Below, piece after piece: positions 46,801 to 60,454 of a stretch of DNA of 64,000 bases; positions within the stretch are counted from its first letter, which is position 1, and the number at the start of each line of letters is the position of its first letter. This stretch comes from Ostrea edulis. Taxonomy: Eukaryota. The notes beneath the pieces are model-generated. The model saw only the letters and a program-made list of their open reading frames with translations. It made no database searches and was not told the origin of the DNA. The stretch spans positions 43,586,001 through 43,650,000 of the forward strand of contig NC_079172.1 of assembly GCF_947568905.1 (NCBI RefSeq), read 5' to 3'. The position numbers and the translations under genes are program-made.

Positions 46801-47360
46801 CATCATTAAGTATGACTTAGGTATGACGTTAAGCATGTAAGTCCCGAATCCTGACTTTAGTCACTATTTCACCGAGTGGAACAGTGACAATTTGGGAGGC
46901 GGAATAGGTTCTGTGGGTGTGGTTTGGTTGACAATCGTACTGGAATTCTAGATTTGTTTAAGGGCATTCCCTCTGGAAATATATAGTATAATAGGGTGGG
47001 AACTGTACTTTGTAATGGCGCAACCTTTGTAAAAAGCAGTGGTTACCCTTGCAGCTGGAACAAGACATGGTTTTACTATCACATGTCTTGGAATCGTGTT
47101 GGCCTCCACATCTGGGACACAATGAAAATTTATTGCACACTCCTGTGTGATAACCATGACATGTGGTGAAGATGAGTTTGGGTTGTTGGTTTTTTTTATG
47201 CCTTGCTGCTTGAAGTATCATGACACTTTACCCTCACAGAATGCTTAACTTTGTTTTTGTTGCCAGAATTTAATAGTCTGACAATGTTAACGATTTTGAT
47301 CTCTGGGTAGGCCTGGTTAAGCTCCTTAAGAACCTTGAATTGTCAAAGCATTCTTATACT
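43870..47360 (-). mobile_element. Decayed I/Jockey-group LINE, interrupted by PLE copies
   Basis: ORF1 with three zinc knuckles (CHGYH..VC; CPRCGGQH..KTC; CSSCKGNH) at about 46960-47220; RT-entry motif VIVTPKPKPNKDRDVPNSY at about 43900-44000. Confidence 0.65.
45137..46095 (+). mobile_element. PLE (Naiad-type) 3' fragment with frameshifts; a short 3'-end piece also lies at 44845-44957
   Basis: GIPMGMNCAPLLADLF, FRYMDD, conserved 3' end. Confidence 0.85.
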
Positions 47361-48886
47361 AATATACATTGAACTTCAAAGAAACTATTAATCTAATTTG
47401 CTATCTGCATATCAATGGCGGTTGACAACGGCGGTTGTTCAACGAATATTTGTTATCCTAAAAAAAAAACTAAAGACAAAAATATTTTAGATAACGAGCT
47501 CGGAGATAAAACTATAAACACTGTATCAATATTTAATTAGCCAGGTTCTCAGATTACGGCCTGACACTGAATTGAAAGACTTTAATGAGTTACACTTTAA
47601 TTGTCAACAATTGATCACAGTACCCATCCAATCCACACCGTACAGGATTATCGATTTTCTGCAGGCCCAAGTTGACTGGGGGTGCCGTCTGATCCGATCT
47701 ACCCGAGACCCGTCTGCACAAAAGCGACCCGAAAATTACTGGTTGCACATGTACTGACTATAATAACAGTCTGACCGAATAAACAAACAGGTGAAATATT
47801 AAAACTCAGGACATATTTTTACATACAATTTATTGCCAAAAAATTTTGTCACTTGGATTTTGTTTACGCCAATTTTGAAAAAAAGAGCCATTGGCAATGA
47901 TGACGATGAAGTATCATATGTAAGGATTGATAACGCTAGTAAACGTTAAAATATATGTATTTCAACCAAGCAACATATAACACGTACAAAGTATGCAAAT
48001 CTACACAAATCGACTCTAGCTCGCTTCTCACACCTGTCTTGACTGCAGCACGTTTCTCTCCCCGGATACAGACGACGACAACACACTCTCCGAGCATGCG
48101 CACACTTCACCGATGCCTAGTGAATTCGTACCTATACACATTCGCAATGTCTACAACAACGAACTACATCTCAGTCACTGGCACCAGTTTTATATTGTAC
48201 ATCAAATCTAAAACGTGTGTGACCCTATAATCAGAAAGCTAGGTGACAGTTCTAATAATAATGCAGTGAATTTAACAAATCCCAATTAAAAAACAAATAA
48301 TTTCATAACAAACTTTTATGATCGTCACTTTATAGTATTCAATCGTAACTACTCGGCCATTTCCGCGAACGAAAAATAAATGTTTTTTTTCAAAGGCCGA
48401 GCGTGTTCCGATTGTATAGTTACTGTACTATCCGAGGGGAGGTCACTCTAATGAGAGAAAATTCCATCATTTCTTTGTAAGAAATATGTCAGTCATTTTA
48501 TTGTTTATTACATTACAGAATAGGAATGACTATGTCTTTACCCGATGTTTAAAATAGATATCTATAATGGTTTCTATAGATAAAATCAAATATTGTTATA
48601 GAAAAGAGATCGTCATATGATCATGCCAGGAATATGCAGCAGAACACAAAAATACCATTTTAAAAAAATGTATATTACGGAAAACTCCTCTAAAGTTCTC
48701 ACAAAATGTTATTTACGAGGAATTTGCGGAAAGATTAGAGATCCCTTCATTAGTTCTGTGTATGTGATAAGCTGACTCCCAACGATAGAACCTGAAGGCC
48801 AAATAAAAATGTTTGCTTTACTAATTTACAAACTGCCAACAACCTGACGATAAAGGGTTGAAATAAATAAAATCTACTAATAAGAA

Positions 48887-49254
48887 TGAAAGGTGATAAT
48901 AACGAACAGTGATCAATCTCGTAATTCCATAAGCAATACAAAATAGAGAGTTGGGGAAACACGGACCCCTGGACACAACAGAGGTGGGATCAGGTGCCTA
49001 GGAGGAGTAAGCACCCCCTGTCGACTGGTCACACCTGCCATGAGCCCTATATCTTGATCAGGTAAACAGAGTTACCCGTAGTCAAAATCAGTTTGCTACG
49101 AACGGTCTAACAATCGGTATGAAACACGTTAAACAGCATTTGACCCATTGATAGGTGTGTCCAAAAAAAAATGGTCCGTGTTTGCCCAACTGTCTATTTT
49201 GTATTGCTTATAGAAGTTAAGAGATGGATCACTGTTCGTTATCTTCACCTTTCA
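48887..49254. mobile_element. Divergent pair of PLE 3' fragments (48887-49156 minus, 49172-49254 plus)
   Basis: Both carry the GTTATCTTCACCTTTCA terminus pointing outward. Confidence 0.8.
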
Positions 49255-50824
49255 TTTAACCATCGAGCTTGTATCTCTGGTGGTGGACAGTCTGTTCCCG
49301 AGGATACTTGTCGCTCGATATATGTTCCTTCATGAATATACACAATAAAGAAACAATACTGGCTGAGACGTCGCCGAATTCTAGTCAACTCGGCCCCTGG
49401 AAAACTTGGCCCCTGGTGAATTCGGCACTTGGTTAATTCGGCACTTGTTTTATGAATAGAAGAATAATGTGTATACTGAACAGTATGAGTGCAATATTTC
49501 TAGATTTTTTAAACGTAGTTGTAGATGATCTGTCTTCAACATTTATTTAGGAAATATTGTAAGTTTTAATTTTTTCAAATGCTACGAAGGTTTTAAATAA
49601 CACCGGCACTCGGCTAAATATTAGCACTTTGAATGACTGAAATTGCTGCTCATAATTGGCAATCACACATTGACAATATATAATGCAAATAACTTTCTCT
49701 TGGGCATTTAAATAGACTTTATAATATGCGAAAATACACCCCGTGCAAATGATTCGGAGGAAGATCTTGCGTTTCCTCGGAGTCCCCCCTTTCTCGTGGA
49801 AACGTTTATAAAGATATATCCCTGTGTTATTTGAATCTGACAAATCTTAGGTAATTATGAAATTCATTGTCATATTTCTAAAATTTAATCTTATTTCAGG
49901 GGTTTTATAGTATAGTTTTAGTACAAGATATTTAGACTGGCTGGTCTCTGTCGTCTGGTTACGAATTCTTTGTAAATTGGATTTGGCTACATTTGATAAA
50001 TTATATAATGCCGTAGAAAATTGTCATATTTTGAAATATAACAAACAACTGGTGCAATAATAATATTATCCTTGTATCTAATTATGACAATACAATATTT
50101 AACCTTTTTCTCTTGTTATAATGCTATTGATGTCATGATTAAGTATTTTATGACGCATTATGCCTATATAATTTTTATCTTATATATATTTAATTAACTT
50201 AAATTTGTAAGCGGGGATTTAATTTTATACACTTCCCAACTCTCGGGACTTAGGAGGAGGAAAAACAGGTTATTCAAACACCAACATTTTCATTAATTTA
50301 AATTGCATCAAAAAGGATTTCGCCCAATAAAATATGTACATTAGTAACAGTTGTTCATCAGAGAGTTCAACTTCTGGGTAATATTGCATGTGCGCATTAC
50401 ATTTGTAATGTGCATTACATTCGTTCTTAATATGTCTAAATCATATCTTCTCCATACACTGTATTTATCAATACAGGTCAATGATACATTTTCAGATTCC
50501 AATGACACAACTCTTGAAGGATATAATTCATGAAATAAAACCATAACACCATAGTGAGTTTCTGCTTAATTTTATGTGCATCCATCATGTATTCCACAAT
50601 TGATAATAGATATATACACCATATACAGTCCATATAAATAATAGTTTAACCCAACATGCAATAAATAACACATTGATACAACATGCAACATGTATTCCAC
50701 ATGAACATTCATTAATCACACATTTATAGCACATTAATCCCACATAAACCACAAAGATATTGTATAACGGGTATATTTTCTGCGGTTGTCCAATTTTTGT
50801 GGGAAGAAAGACGTCTGGTAGGCG

Positions 50825-51135
50825 CATCACTGTGCAGAAGGACCGTAGATGTTGGCACATCTCTGCAGTAGCTGGCTTGCCGTAATATCCCTGTTGCAGT
50901 ACTGGTACCACAATTCAAAAACACGTCCCTCTACTTGACGGGTCCTCTTCCGTTGGTACCGCTGCATCTTGACTTCGGACACCATCTTCATCTGAAGGCA
51001 AATGTCCGTTGCTTCCAAATACAGCATGGATACTAGATGGATTTCAAATATGGGGCTACGAATCCATGTTCTGATGATATATTCCATAACTGGAGCCAAT
51101 ACTTCTGGAGCACGGCCATCCAGACGATGGAACGA
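50825..51135 (-). pseudogene. MULE-like transposase C-terminal remnant with an internal deletion
   Basis: MEYIIRTWIRSPIF joined to LVSMLYLEA...RYQRKRTRQVEGRVFELWYQY...LLQRCANIYGP; the expected RTNN..E segment is missing. Possible MULE-type subterminal repeats at 49367-49445. Confidence 0.55.
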
Positions 51136-51841
51136 GAGGCTGGTTGAACCGGCAGCGAGAGAGGTTGGTGGAACTGGAGGCGGAGAGGCTGTTGCAGCTG
51201 GCGGCGGAGAGGCTGTTGAAGCTGGCGGTGGAGAGGCTGGTAGTGTTGGTGACAGGAGAGGCTGGTGGTGTTGGTGGCAGGAGAGGCTGGTGGTGTTGGC
51301 TGACATCCATGACATGTCCACTCAAATGTTTCCCGGCTTTTTACTAACTTTCTATATCGGGGTCTAGTAATTTAGAATGAATCCTCATAATTTGATATGC
51401 AATCATTTTATTTATCTTTTTTATATTTATTATCATTTATTTTTTGTACAAATTCTTATGTATGACATGATTAGCATACCATTGTTACATGTTCGATGTT
51501 GCCACTTGTTACATCTATCACACTGAAGCGCTTCATGTCGTGTGCGAACGAGCTGATTGCACAGTATGCCTGTACGAAAAAAAAGTTCTTAATGTTCTTG
51601 TATGATTATCAACAATAACATATTGACTGTCTTTGTATTTGGAATGAAGGTGATCTCTTTGACTGAATTATTTTTTCTTCTTATTCTCTACCTACTGACC
51701 CTACCAAGGAATTATTTTATTCTAATATATATTATGCTACATGGAATATTGAAGATGAATTTTTGTTGGTATGTCCACTTTATAATAAATAATAATGTTT
51801 TTAAAAAAAAAAAAAATATTACTTCGAAAAAAAAAAGAGAC

Positions 51842-51844
<3 letters not shown>

Positions 51845-51905
<61 letters not shown>
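51845..51905. repeat. (CA)n(TA)n microsatellite
   Basis: Seen directly. Confidence 0.95.
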
Positions 51906-53039
51906 GTAACAGTAGTAATAATGTTTAAATCTTATATGATAAAACAATTTTAATATAGAGAATTTGAAAAAAAGAATTGTCATAGTATAATAATAGTTTG
52001 GCCACAAAATTATGAAAAGGTTTATGTTCTTCAAAGCGTTAGAACTTGACAATGTGCTCTCAAGTATTCCTTGATGGAGCGAATTACAAAATCACTTGTT
52101 TCATCAACCTGTACATCTCTACAATACGTCTTACATTTTTAAATCCTAAATGCAATGAAAGAGGGAAAGTAGTTGTATATCTTTATCAATCTGTTATTAT
52201 CTAAATAAAATTCAACAACTGTTTTCGATTTCATTGCTGCACTCTTTACACTTTTTAGTTACAGTGTTATCTCATTTGCTAATAAGGAGGTTATTACTCA
52301 ATAAGTTTTGTATTAGTTTATAATTAAATTCTGCGAAGGATTTGTCTTCAGTGCATTTAACTTTAATTAAAAATATTGATTCCCATTTCTTTTTATCTGT
52401 TATTTGGAACTCTTTACTTAACTTTGTAAGCGAGGTTTTTTTTTAATTTATGTTTTATTAAAGTAAAAACTGTTAGTTCTATGTTGTAAAAATAAATTTT
52501 TATTTATGCTGGTATTCTTTAATTTAATTTAAGGAATTTTAGAAAAATAATATCCGAAATTATTTTTTTTCTGAAAATACGTCGTATCATCTGATACTCG
52601 CATAGCTATCCTCATTAAGATATCCTGAATTATATTTATGAAAAACCTTATACTTTTAAATATCTACAGAGTATATATTCAAATTAGGAGAATGTTTATA
52701 AATATGGATGTTCAAGAATACAACAGATGTGCAAAAATGCTGAGGTTATCCTCAATTTTGTCGTATTTCATATTCACTATATATATTCCATACCAGATAC
52801 TTTTTCATAAATATGTACGTGTCCATTTATTTAAGATACATTGTATTTAAATGAGAGTTTCAAAATAGAACTGTATCTTACAGTACAGTATCAAACATAC
52901 ATGTACAATATATCAGTAAATATAGTTTATCCTCACATCGGATTGAAATTTAGCGTCCACGATTTATTTTCCCCTAAACTGCATTGCATATACGTTATGT
53001 ATATCGTTATGTTTATTATTTCTTTGTAAAAAAAAAATT

Positions 53040-54573
53040 AACCTGAGCCCGGGAGTCAAACACAACAATGCTGACGCCTTGTCCAGGAGACCCTGTAAAG
53101 CTTGTAAACATCAGCAAGACAATGGTGCCGGGAATAACTCAGAAAATGAATCCAGCAAAGAAACTGACCAAAATGATACTGATCTTGGCCATGTTTGTGT
53201 TGTTACCAGAGGGCAGCATAAAACTTCAGAACCCCCTTAATTTCTAAACACAGCTGTATTGCAAGGTTGGGAGCCTGACCAAATCCGTTTACTCCAGCTG
53301 CAAGACCTGTACATTTTCCCCATCATGATGTTCCTAGAGGATGCCGCCAATAAACCTGTCTGGAATGATATTTCACACCTCTCAAGTTCTGCAAAAATAC
53401 TATGGAGACAATGGGATAGATTACAAATACAAGGTGGTACTTTATATAGAACCTGGAAAGCTGATGACAAGGAAACCAGAATTCAGTTAGTTGTACCATT
53501 AACAAAGCAGTCTGAAGTTATTAAATATTACCACGACATCCCGTCTGCTGGTCATCTTGGCATTGAGAAAACCCTGGAAAAAATCAAAAATAAATTTTAT
53601 TGGCCCAACCTTAAAGAATCTGTAGAAAAATACATAAGAACCTGCTCTAGATGTTCTGCCAGAAAGAACCCTGTTGACAAAAGAGTTGCACCCCTTAGAC
53701 AGTATTTAGTTGGCGAGCCGATGGAAAGGATTGAAATTGACATCATGGGTCCACTTCCTCTATCCCTCAAAGGCAACAAGTATGTACTAGTTGTTTGCGA
53801 CTGTTTCACCAAGTGGACAGAGGCCTATGCAATACCAAATCAGGAGGCAGACAGTTGTTAAAGTCTTAGTCAATGAATTCCTTTGTCGCTTTGGCACTTC
53901 CCTCCAGATTCATTCTGACCAAGGGCGCAACTTTGAATCTCGGCTTTTCCAGCAAATGTGTCAATTTTTTCACATAGACAAAACCAGAACCACAAGTAAA
54001 AGGCCCCAGAGTAATGAAAATATTGAACGTTTTAACCGTACATTAGATTATCTACCCCAAGTAATGATGGTGTACCGTTCCTCAGTTCACAGTAGTACAC
54101 ACTTCACACCAAATATGATAGTATTCGGTAGGAATATCACCATGCCCCTTTAAGCTGTAACATGTTGCCCAACCAAAGAAACGGAGTCTGACACCCATGA
54201 TTACATATCTGATCTTCAAGCAAAACTTCACTCTGTCCATGAACTTGCAAGACAGAACCTGAAAACAAGTGCAGAACATCAGAAACGTTATTATGACATC
54301 AAAGCAAGTAAAAAGTCCCTTGACATTGGCCAGCTGGTGTGGTTATATGAACCTTTACGGGAAAAGGGAGTGTGTAAGAAGTTGTCTTGTCCTTGGAGCG
54401 GTCCCTGCATTGTCCTTGAGAAAATTGATGATACAACATATCGAGTCAAAAGAAGCCCTAGAAAAGAAGCAAAATTATATCACATAGATCGCTTATCAGT
54501 ATACAGGGGGAGGGATGTGCCAGTATGGATAAGGAGGTTGCAGAGAGAAACTGAGATCTCTTCTGTGCAGTAA
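53040..54573 (+). pseudogene. Ty3/Gypsy pol 3' part (RNase H end, integrase), frameshifted
   Basis: PGVKHNNADALSRRPC; HDIPSAGHLG...CSRC; DIMGPLP; HSDQGRNFES; W.GP C-terminal module. Confidence 0.92.
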
Positions 54574-54886
54574 TAGCGTAATGTTTCTGGAAGGAATGTT
54601 TAGTATCCATTGTACCTGTGGGAGAAATTGTGTTTCTCCGCTACCGGGGCTTTGTGTAATTCCTGTTGAGTCATTACGGGGTAGATTTGAGAGGAGATCT
54701 TTTCTCCAAGTTGTGTTTTTATTACCATGAGGTGAGGAGGATGCTAGTGTCTATGGTGGCACTGTATGAAGGGTCGCGCCCTTGTGTGAGGATGCATAAC
54801 TGGCCTGATCACCCAGGGTGTGCTCCTGTGGTTTATATTAGTGACCATGTAGGATCCTTGAAGAGGATGTTGGGTCTGTATTTAGA

Positions 54887-55881
54887 AACAACCACGCTCG
54901 CTAGGTGGCGCGTCATGTTCTATTTTTATTTCTACATGAAAAGTGGGACGAGGTTCCATTCTATTTTTTACGGGCTAGTATGGATAAATCTAGAGCCTAC
55001 GAATGATGCGAAGTTGATCGTTCGGATCTAAAATAGCTATATTTAGCGTATCTCACGTGATTAAGCACATTCCAGAAAATCCCTTTGAGATTGAAGCGAT
55101 TAAGCAGAGCGAGTATATGTAAACATTTACTTAACGGTGAAATACGCAACAAAGAGTGACATATTAATACATTTTATACATGAATAACTTATACTGAGGT
55201 CAAACATGGACGATAATTGCCCGTGTTCATATAGTATTTGATTGATTTAGATATCCAAGGAAAGGTAACTCCCATTATTAACGTACTGACAACGTACCGG
55301 TGGTATACAATAATACAATGTTTATACATTTCTGAATGATGAGTGAATCTTTATTTTCATCAAAATCTTTTCCATCACACTCACAGACCACGTCCCCATA
55401 CCCATACCAGTGTCAATATGTGACTGATAGCAGTGCGGTATTTAATTTGATATAGTCTAGAGGAAGTTCGAAATATAGTAGTGACATTTTTTCCTCACCG
55501 AATTAGCTGGATTTTTAACGTTTAAAGAAAAGTGGGGTATGGACTGGGGGGTTAAAAATGCTATTTGCCAAATTTTCAACAATATTAATTACAAGGCAAG
55601 GCAAAAGAGGTCATAAGCTACAGATGATGCTATTTTCACTTGCAAGTTGCACTGCCACTAGTTACACTTAATTAGTGACTTACTTACAGATAAATAAAGT
55701 AACTTACAAATATTTTATTTATTTATTTATCTATCATTTCATTTTTTTTTAATATCATGGTTTGTACTTGAAGAGTCGTCGCAATAAAGGGACATTAATT
55801 ATTAGTGTTACAAAAAAATCTGATCATGCATTTTTAAATTTCTGAATTTTGAAAAATAAAAATAAATAAATAATAAATAAA
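54887..55881 (-). mobile_element. About 1-kb dispersed repeat, copy 2, inserted in the Gypsy element
   Basis: See 39917-40918. Confidence 0.7.
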
Positions 55882-55943
55882 CGACGTTCTCAGCTCGTAA
55901 AATAATACTGAGCCTGACAGATATTTTTTTACCCGTTTTCAGC

Positions 55944-57795
55944 ATGTCCTCTGCAGTGTATGTCTGCTGGCTTTGCCCAGAAAAATTCAAAACCAACCGT
56001 GACAAGAAAAACCGCTTGATTTCAAGGCCACATGAGCGGATGAGGGTTATCTGTCCTTTCTGCCCCGTTCGTGGTGGTAAGAGAGAGAAGTCCCTGAGGA
56101 GGATGACTGACCTGAAAGTTCACGTTTTAGAAGCCCACAAAGAAGAACGTTAAGGGTGTGCCATCTGGTTTCTTCTCTGAGGCCAACGGCGTTTGGATGT
56201 CCCTCCATCCAGTGGACTATAGGAAGGTAATAAACCCAAATCCCTGGAGGAGTGAATCTGCCACTAGGGCAAGGATGGAAATGGTGACATGGACAAGAAA
56301 CAACGGTTTGAGCCGTCGTAGACTGCAGGAGCTGGAACAAGGGTGGAAAGTTGCCAGGAGTTCTTCCCTCACACCTGAAGAACTGTTTACGCCGGATTAT
56401 TCTGAGGAGATGGAAGAGGATCCCTCTCCAATGACCAAAAATCCTAAAGGGTATTCACCATCCAAGCCCGAACTGGACGAGAACTTCACCATCAAAATTG
56501 AAGGGGGATTACTCAGAGTTCACATATTATCAGAGGAAGATGAAGTTTTCAATGTGGTGATGACAACAGAGGCTAGCAGAAATTCCCAGATTCTGTCTTC
56601 AGTCACGAGGAAGTCACAGACCATCCGGAGGGACCCGTCTTTCAACTCCCATCACTGTTCACTCCTGTCAAGTCGCCTACTCTTTTGAAGGAGATGTCCA
56701 AGATGCTTGGGATCGATGAAAGATTGGTGGAATCTATCAGGAAGGGTACTTCCCCACCAGTCTATGTGCCATCCAGTTCTTCATATGCGGGCTCCCAGGA
56801 ATCAGGAATCTTGATACAAGCTGCTGAATCCCAAACTACGTTGGATCCCTCCTCTGAAACAACTGAACCTCTTCTGGCAAATCCAGTGGCAATTGTGACA
56901 GACATTTCTCCATCTGGTGATGCCTGCCCGGATCCAGTCCAGCCAGCTGAAACAGAGATACCGACTCCTCCTGTCATTTCCCAGTCTTCCATCTCCTTGT
57001 CTGATTCACAAGCTTTAACTCATGGAGAGTCTGTTCCTTCAGCAGAAGGGTTCCCTGTCCCAGAGCTGTCAGATGCTGTTCTTCCTGACTTTGAGCACTC
57101 TGTTTTGTACCAGCTTGCTGACCCTGCAGCATTGAGCGAAGGCGTTCTTCCCTTAAATCCACCTACTACAGAAACCGCAACATCTAGTCAGCCCAATGAC
57201 TCCAGTGACCCCCATTTGTCCCTTTCGCCACCTTCTGTAACATTATCTCTCTTGCCTCCATCTGCTTCATAAGAAGAAGAGTCTGACATTTCCGTAGTGG
57301 GCAACCTTGCAGAGGGCACGCAACTTACTGGAGTTTGGAGTCATGCCACTTTTACCACCAGCACGAAGAAATTGGCAGGAAATAGGTGCCTTTGAGATCT
57401 CCATGAATGGTGCTGTGATAAGTTGGTCACCAGCTGGCTGGGAGGCGTTCACCCCAGATAAGAAATTGCAGGCCTGGGAATTTGCAGCACTTCAACTTGA
57501 GACCAAGGGAATCCTCTCGGCTGTAAGTTTCTCCTTTTCCAGAGCGCAGCTCCTCTCTCGTTACAACATGTTATGTTTGCCTGGATCTGCGAAACCCTCT
57601 ATGTGCTCTGGTGACGAAGTTGACCGGAAGTTGAGGTTTTACAACTACAAGAAGCTGAGTGTTATTGCTGTGAAGGGTGTAAGGAGTGCGGATGATGAGG
57701 ATTTTCTGTGTTTGGTGGAGGCTGCATCATTGAAGAGGCCAAAGAGACTCGATAATGTGATTAATCAAAGTTCCTGTCAGACTTGCATAATGTGA
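55944..57795 (+). pseudogene. Extra Gypsy ORF (env position): C2H2-like zinc fingers, P/S-rich linker and C-terminal domain of unknown function
   Basis: Four ORF pieces joined by apparent single frameshifts; CPFC...LRRMTDLKVHVLEAH; lies between integrase and the PPT. Confidence 0.6.
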
Positions 57796-57832
57796 AATCT
57801 TACTCTAAAATTCAGGAGAATTTTGTATTTTT

Positions 57833-57880
57833 AAGTGGGGGTGGTGTAACATAAATACGGATGTATATTTAATTGCTGTT
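57833..57880 (+). mobile_element. Polypurine tract and start of the Gypsy 3' LTR (TGTAAC at 57845), truncated
   Basis: ttttAAGTGGGGGTGG|TGTAACA. Confidence 0.7.
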
Positions 57881-58111
57881 ATAAAATTTAGAAATTCATT
57901 TCAAAATTAAGGATTATCTCCCTCATGCATAGCTCTTATCCTTGGACGAATTTGGCTCCACTTTTTTGGCACGCTGTTTTTGGCTATATTTAGCTCTAAA
58001 ACTTCATAGTTATTTCGGATTTCAAACATTTCGGTTGAGCATCACTGAAGAGACATTATTTGTCGAAATGTGCATCTGGTGCATCAAAATTGGTACCGTA
58101 TAAGTTTTACA
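57881..58111 (+). mobile_element. 3' end/pLTR of a second PLE family carrying a hammerhead
   Basis: Short ORF tail ending LPHA*, followed by a hammerhead motif. PLE origin is inferred from the known association of minimal hammerheads with PLEs. Confidence 0.6.
58039..58082 (+). ncRNA. Minimal type I hammerhead ribozyme
   Basis: GCAUCA-CUGAAGA-GACA(UUAUU)UGUC-GAAA-UGUGCA-UC^-UGGUGC: stem I 6 bp, stem II 4 bp, near-palindromic stem III, cleavage after C58076. Confidence 0.85.
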
Positions 58112-58809
58112 ATATGAGACCTCGTGTGCTAATTTTCATGTTAAAGTATGTCCATTCTGAATAAGATTTATTATAATTATTGCACTTGATCCTAAATTAT
58201 TTTATCAAGCTTAAGCAGCATGTATTATGTCTTGTTTTAACCCAGATTTTGTTCACATAACTTATAGTCATACCGTTCGTGTTTTGACAACATCCCCCAT
58301 TTTGGATCATTTGTGTACAAATTTTATTCTTTACATTCCTTCGCAAATACAATATGGCAGCATATATCAGATGTAAAATACACAATTATGAAATAAAATA
58401 TTATCTTTGTCCGATGAGCCTGGAAAAGACTGCACATCGGGAGACAATATTTTAATCAAAATTATGCCAAATGGATCCCAGGACTCAATCATGGGAACCA
58501 TCCGTCAATACTAAAATGCGGCAATTTTTCATTCACTACATATATAATGTTTGAGCTTGTATGTACCATGTACAAAATGTCATCCAAATACTTATATATA
58601 TAGATGTCATAGCTTCTATGTACACCAATTGATACCCACATGAATGTCATAATGTGCGTGTGCCAGATATACCAAAATAATTGACAAGATGTATATATAT
58701 TTAAGATAGATAGATGACAATTTCTGAAAACTGACCATGACTCGTCAGTATATGTAAACATTCATTCAATGATAAGTTCGAGTAGATGTAGTGACAAATT
58801 GCACGATAG

Positions 58810-60275
58810 CATTTTTCTAAGAGTTGATGAGAATACTATTTCCTAGACCTGACTACTATACTCTATCCATTCTAAATAGCCGATTGTAAGATAACTGAAT
58901 AGCAGAGTATTTAATGGAGGCACCATGAAGTTGGTTTAGAGCAAAAGTTGCAATTGCACTATTAATTTTTTTTGTTTTTGTTTTGTTTTTTTGTTGTTGC
59001 TTTTGCACCTTCAGAATTTGACAATGACTTTCTCCAATTACCGCGAGGTAAAATATGTGACTATACAATTAGTGTATCTGGCAGATCTTTACCTAATTGT
59101 GCTAATGTACGTTCCATGAATTTTTTAAGGGTATTTTGAGGATCGCCTATGTTATTACCTCCACAATGTAGAATCAAAATAGATGGAGGACTACATTCTT
59201 GCCACAATTGAAGCAAATTCTCCCAAACCATCCCCCTTTTACCATTCCATATATTAGCAAACTGCTTCAAACCCAGGTCTAAATGATTGGTGTTTCTGCA
59301 TGTTGCTGTGCCCAGTGAACAAGAGGTACTGTGAGCAATGCTCACTAAGAATACCCCCCGCTTACCCCAATCTCCCAAAGGGTGTTGGTAATAGGTAAAA
59401 CTTCAGTATTATGATCCAAAAGGTATCTAGGAATACAGCATCTCCATGCGATGAAAAAAGCCATTAAAGAATGTAAATGGAAACCATATTGCTACTTCGA
59501 TGTCCAGTGCACGTGACCTTTGGACCCCAAAATCAATAGGGAACATCTTCATCCCATGGGTAGTCCGTATGTATGATATGGTGACTGTAGGTGGAAAGGA
59601 TAACGCTTTAGAGCCCGGAAACCATATTGCTACTTCAATGTCCAGTGCGCTTGACCTTTGACCTTTTGACCCCAAAATCGATAGGGAACATCTTCATCCC
59701 ATGGGTAGTCCGTATGTATGATATGGTGACTGTAGGTGGAAAGGATAACGCTTTAGAGCCCGGAAACCATATTGCTACTTCAATGTCCAGTGCGCTTGAC
59801 CTTTGGCCTTTTGACCCCAAAATCGATAGGGAACATCTTCATCCCATGGGTAGTCCATATGTATGATATGGTGACTGTAGGTGGAAAGGATAACACTTTA
59901 GAGCCCGGAAACCATATTGCTACTTCGATGTCCAGTGCGTTTGACCTTTGGACCCCAAAATCGATAGGGAACATCTTCATCCCATGGGTAGTCCATATAT
60001 ATGATATGGTGACGGTAGGTGGAAAGGATAACGCTTTAGAGCCCGGAAACCATATTGCTACAAACCATATTGCTACTTCGATGTCCAGTGCGCTTGACCT
60101 TTGACCTTTTGACCCAAAATCGATAGGGAACATCTTCATGCGTTAGAGCCCGGAAACCATTGCGTCTACAGACGGACAACCCGATTCCAGTACCCCCCCC
60201 CCCCACACACACACACACAACTTGTTGCGGGGAGTATAATAATTGATGAACCAATGATCCACACAGGGTCTGAAA
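58810..60275 (-). pseudogene. SGNH/GDSL hydrolase-like ORF of the YR element, split by insertions at about 59321-60243
   Basis: WIIGSSI (block I), WNGKRGMVW (II), HCGGNNI (III), decayed D..H region (RMDRV**). Confidence 0.7.
59430..60240 (+). mobile_element. Pearl/CvA-like element with 5+ core repeats of 138-145 bp
   Basis: GGAAACCATATTGCTACT at 59479, 59617, 59762, 59907 and 60045; ACAGACGGAC then a C-run/G-run terminal hairpin. Confidence 0.8.
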
Positions 60276-60454
60276 ATGTTTAAGTGAAATTGAATTGTAA
60301 TGTCCAATATAGGATTTAAAGGCAGAGGAATTCCATCGACCCTTTTGTTTAATCTGTAGTTCTGAAACACCCTTGAGGTACAGATAAGTTGCCCCACAAA
60401 TACGAAAAGAGTGAGATTTGTAGGAATTGTTAGGTATAACTAGAAATTTCAGTG

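Noticed and set aside
59427-60139. Repeated ORFs on both strands
   Set aside because: These are translations of Pearl/CvA core repeats.
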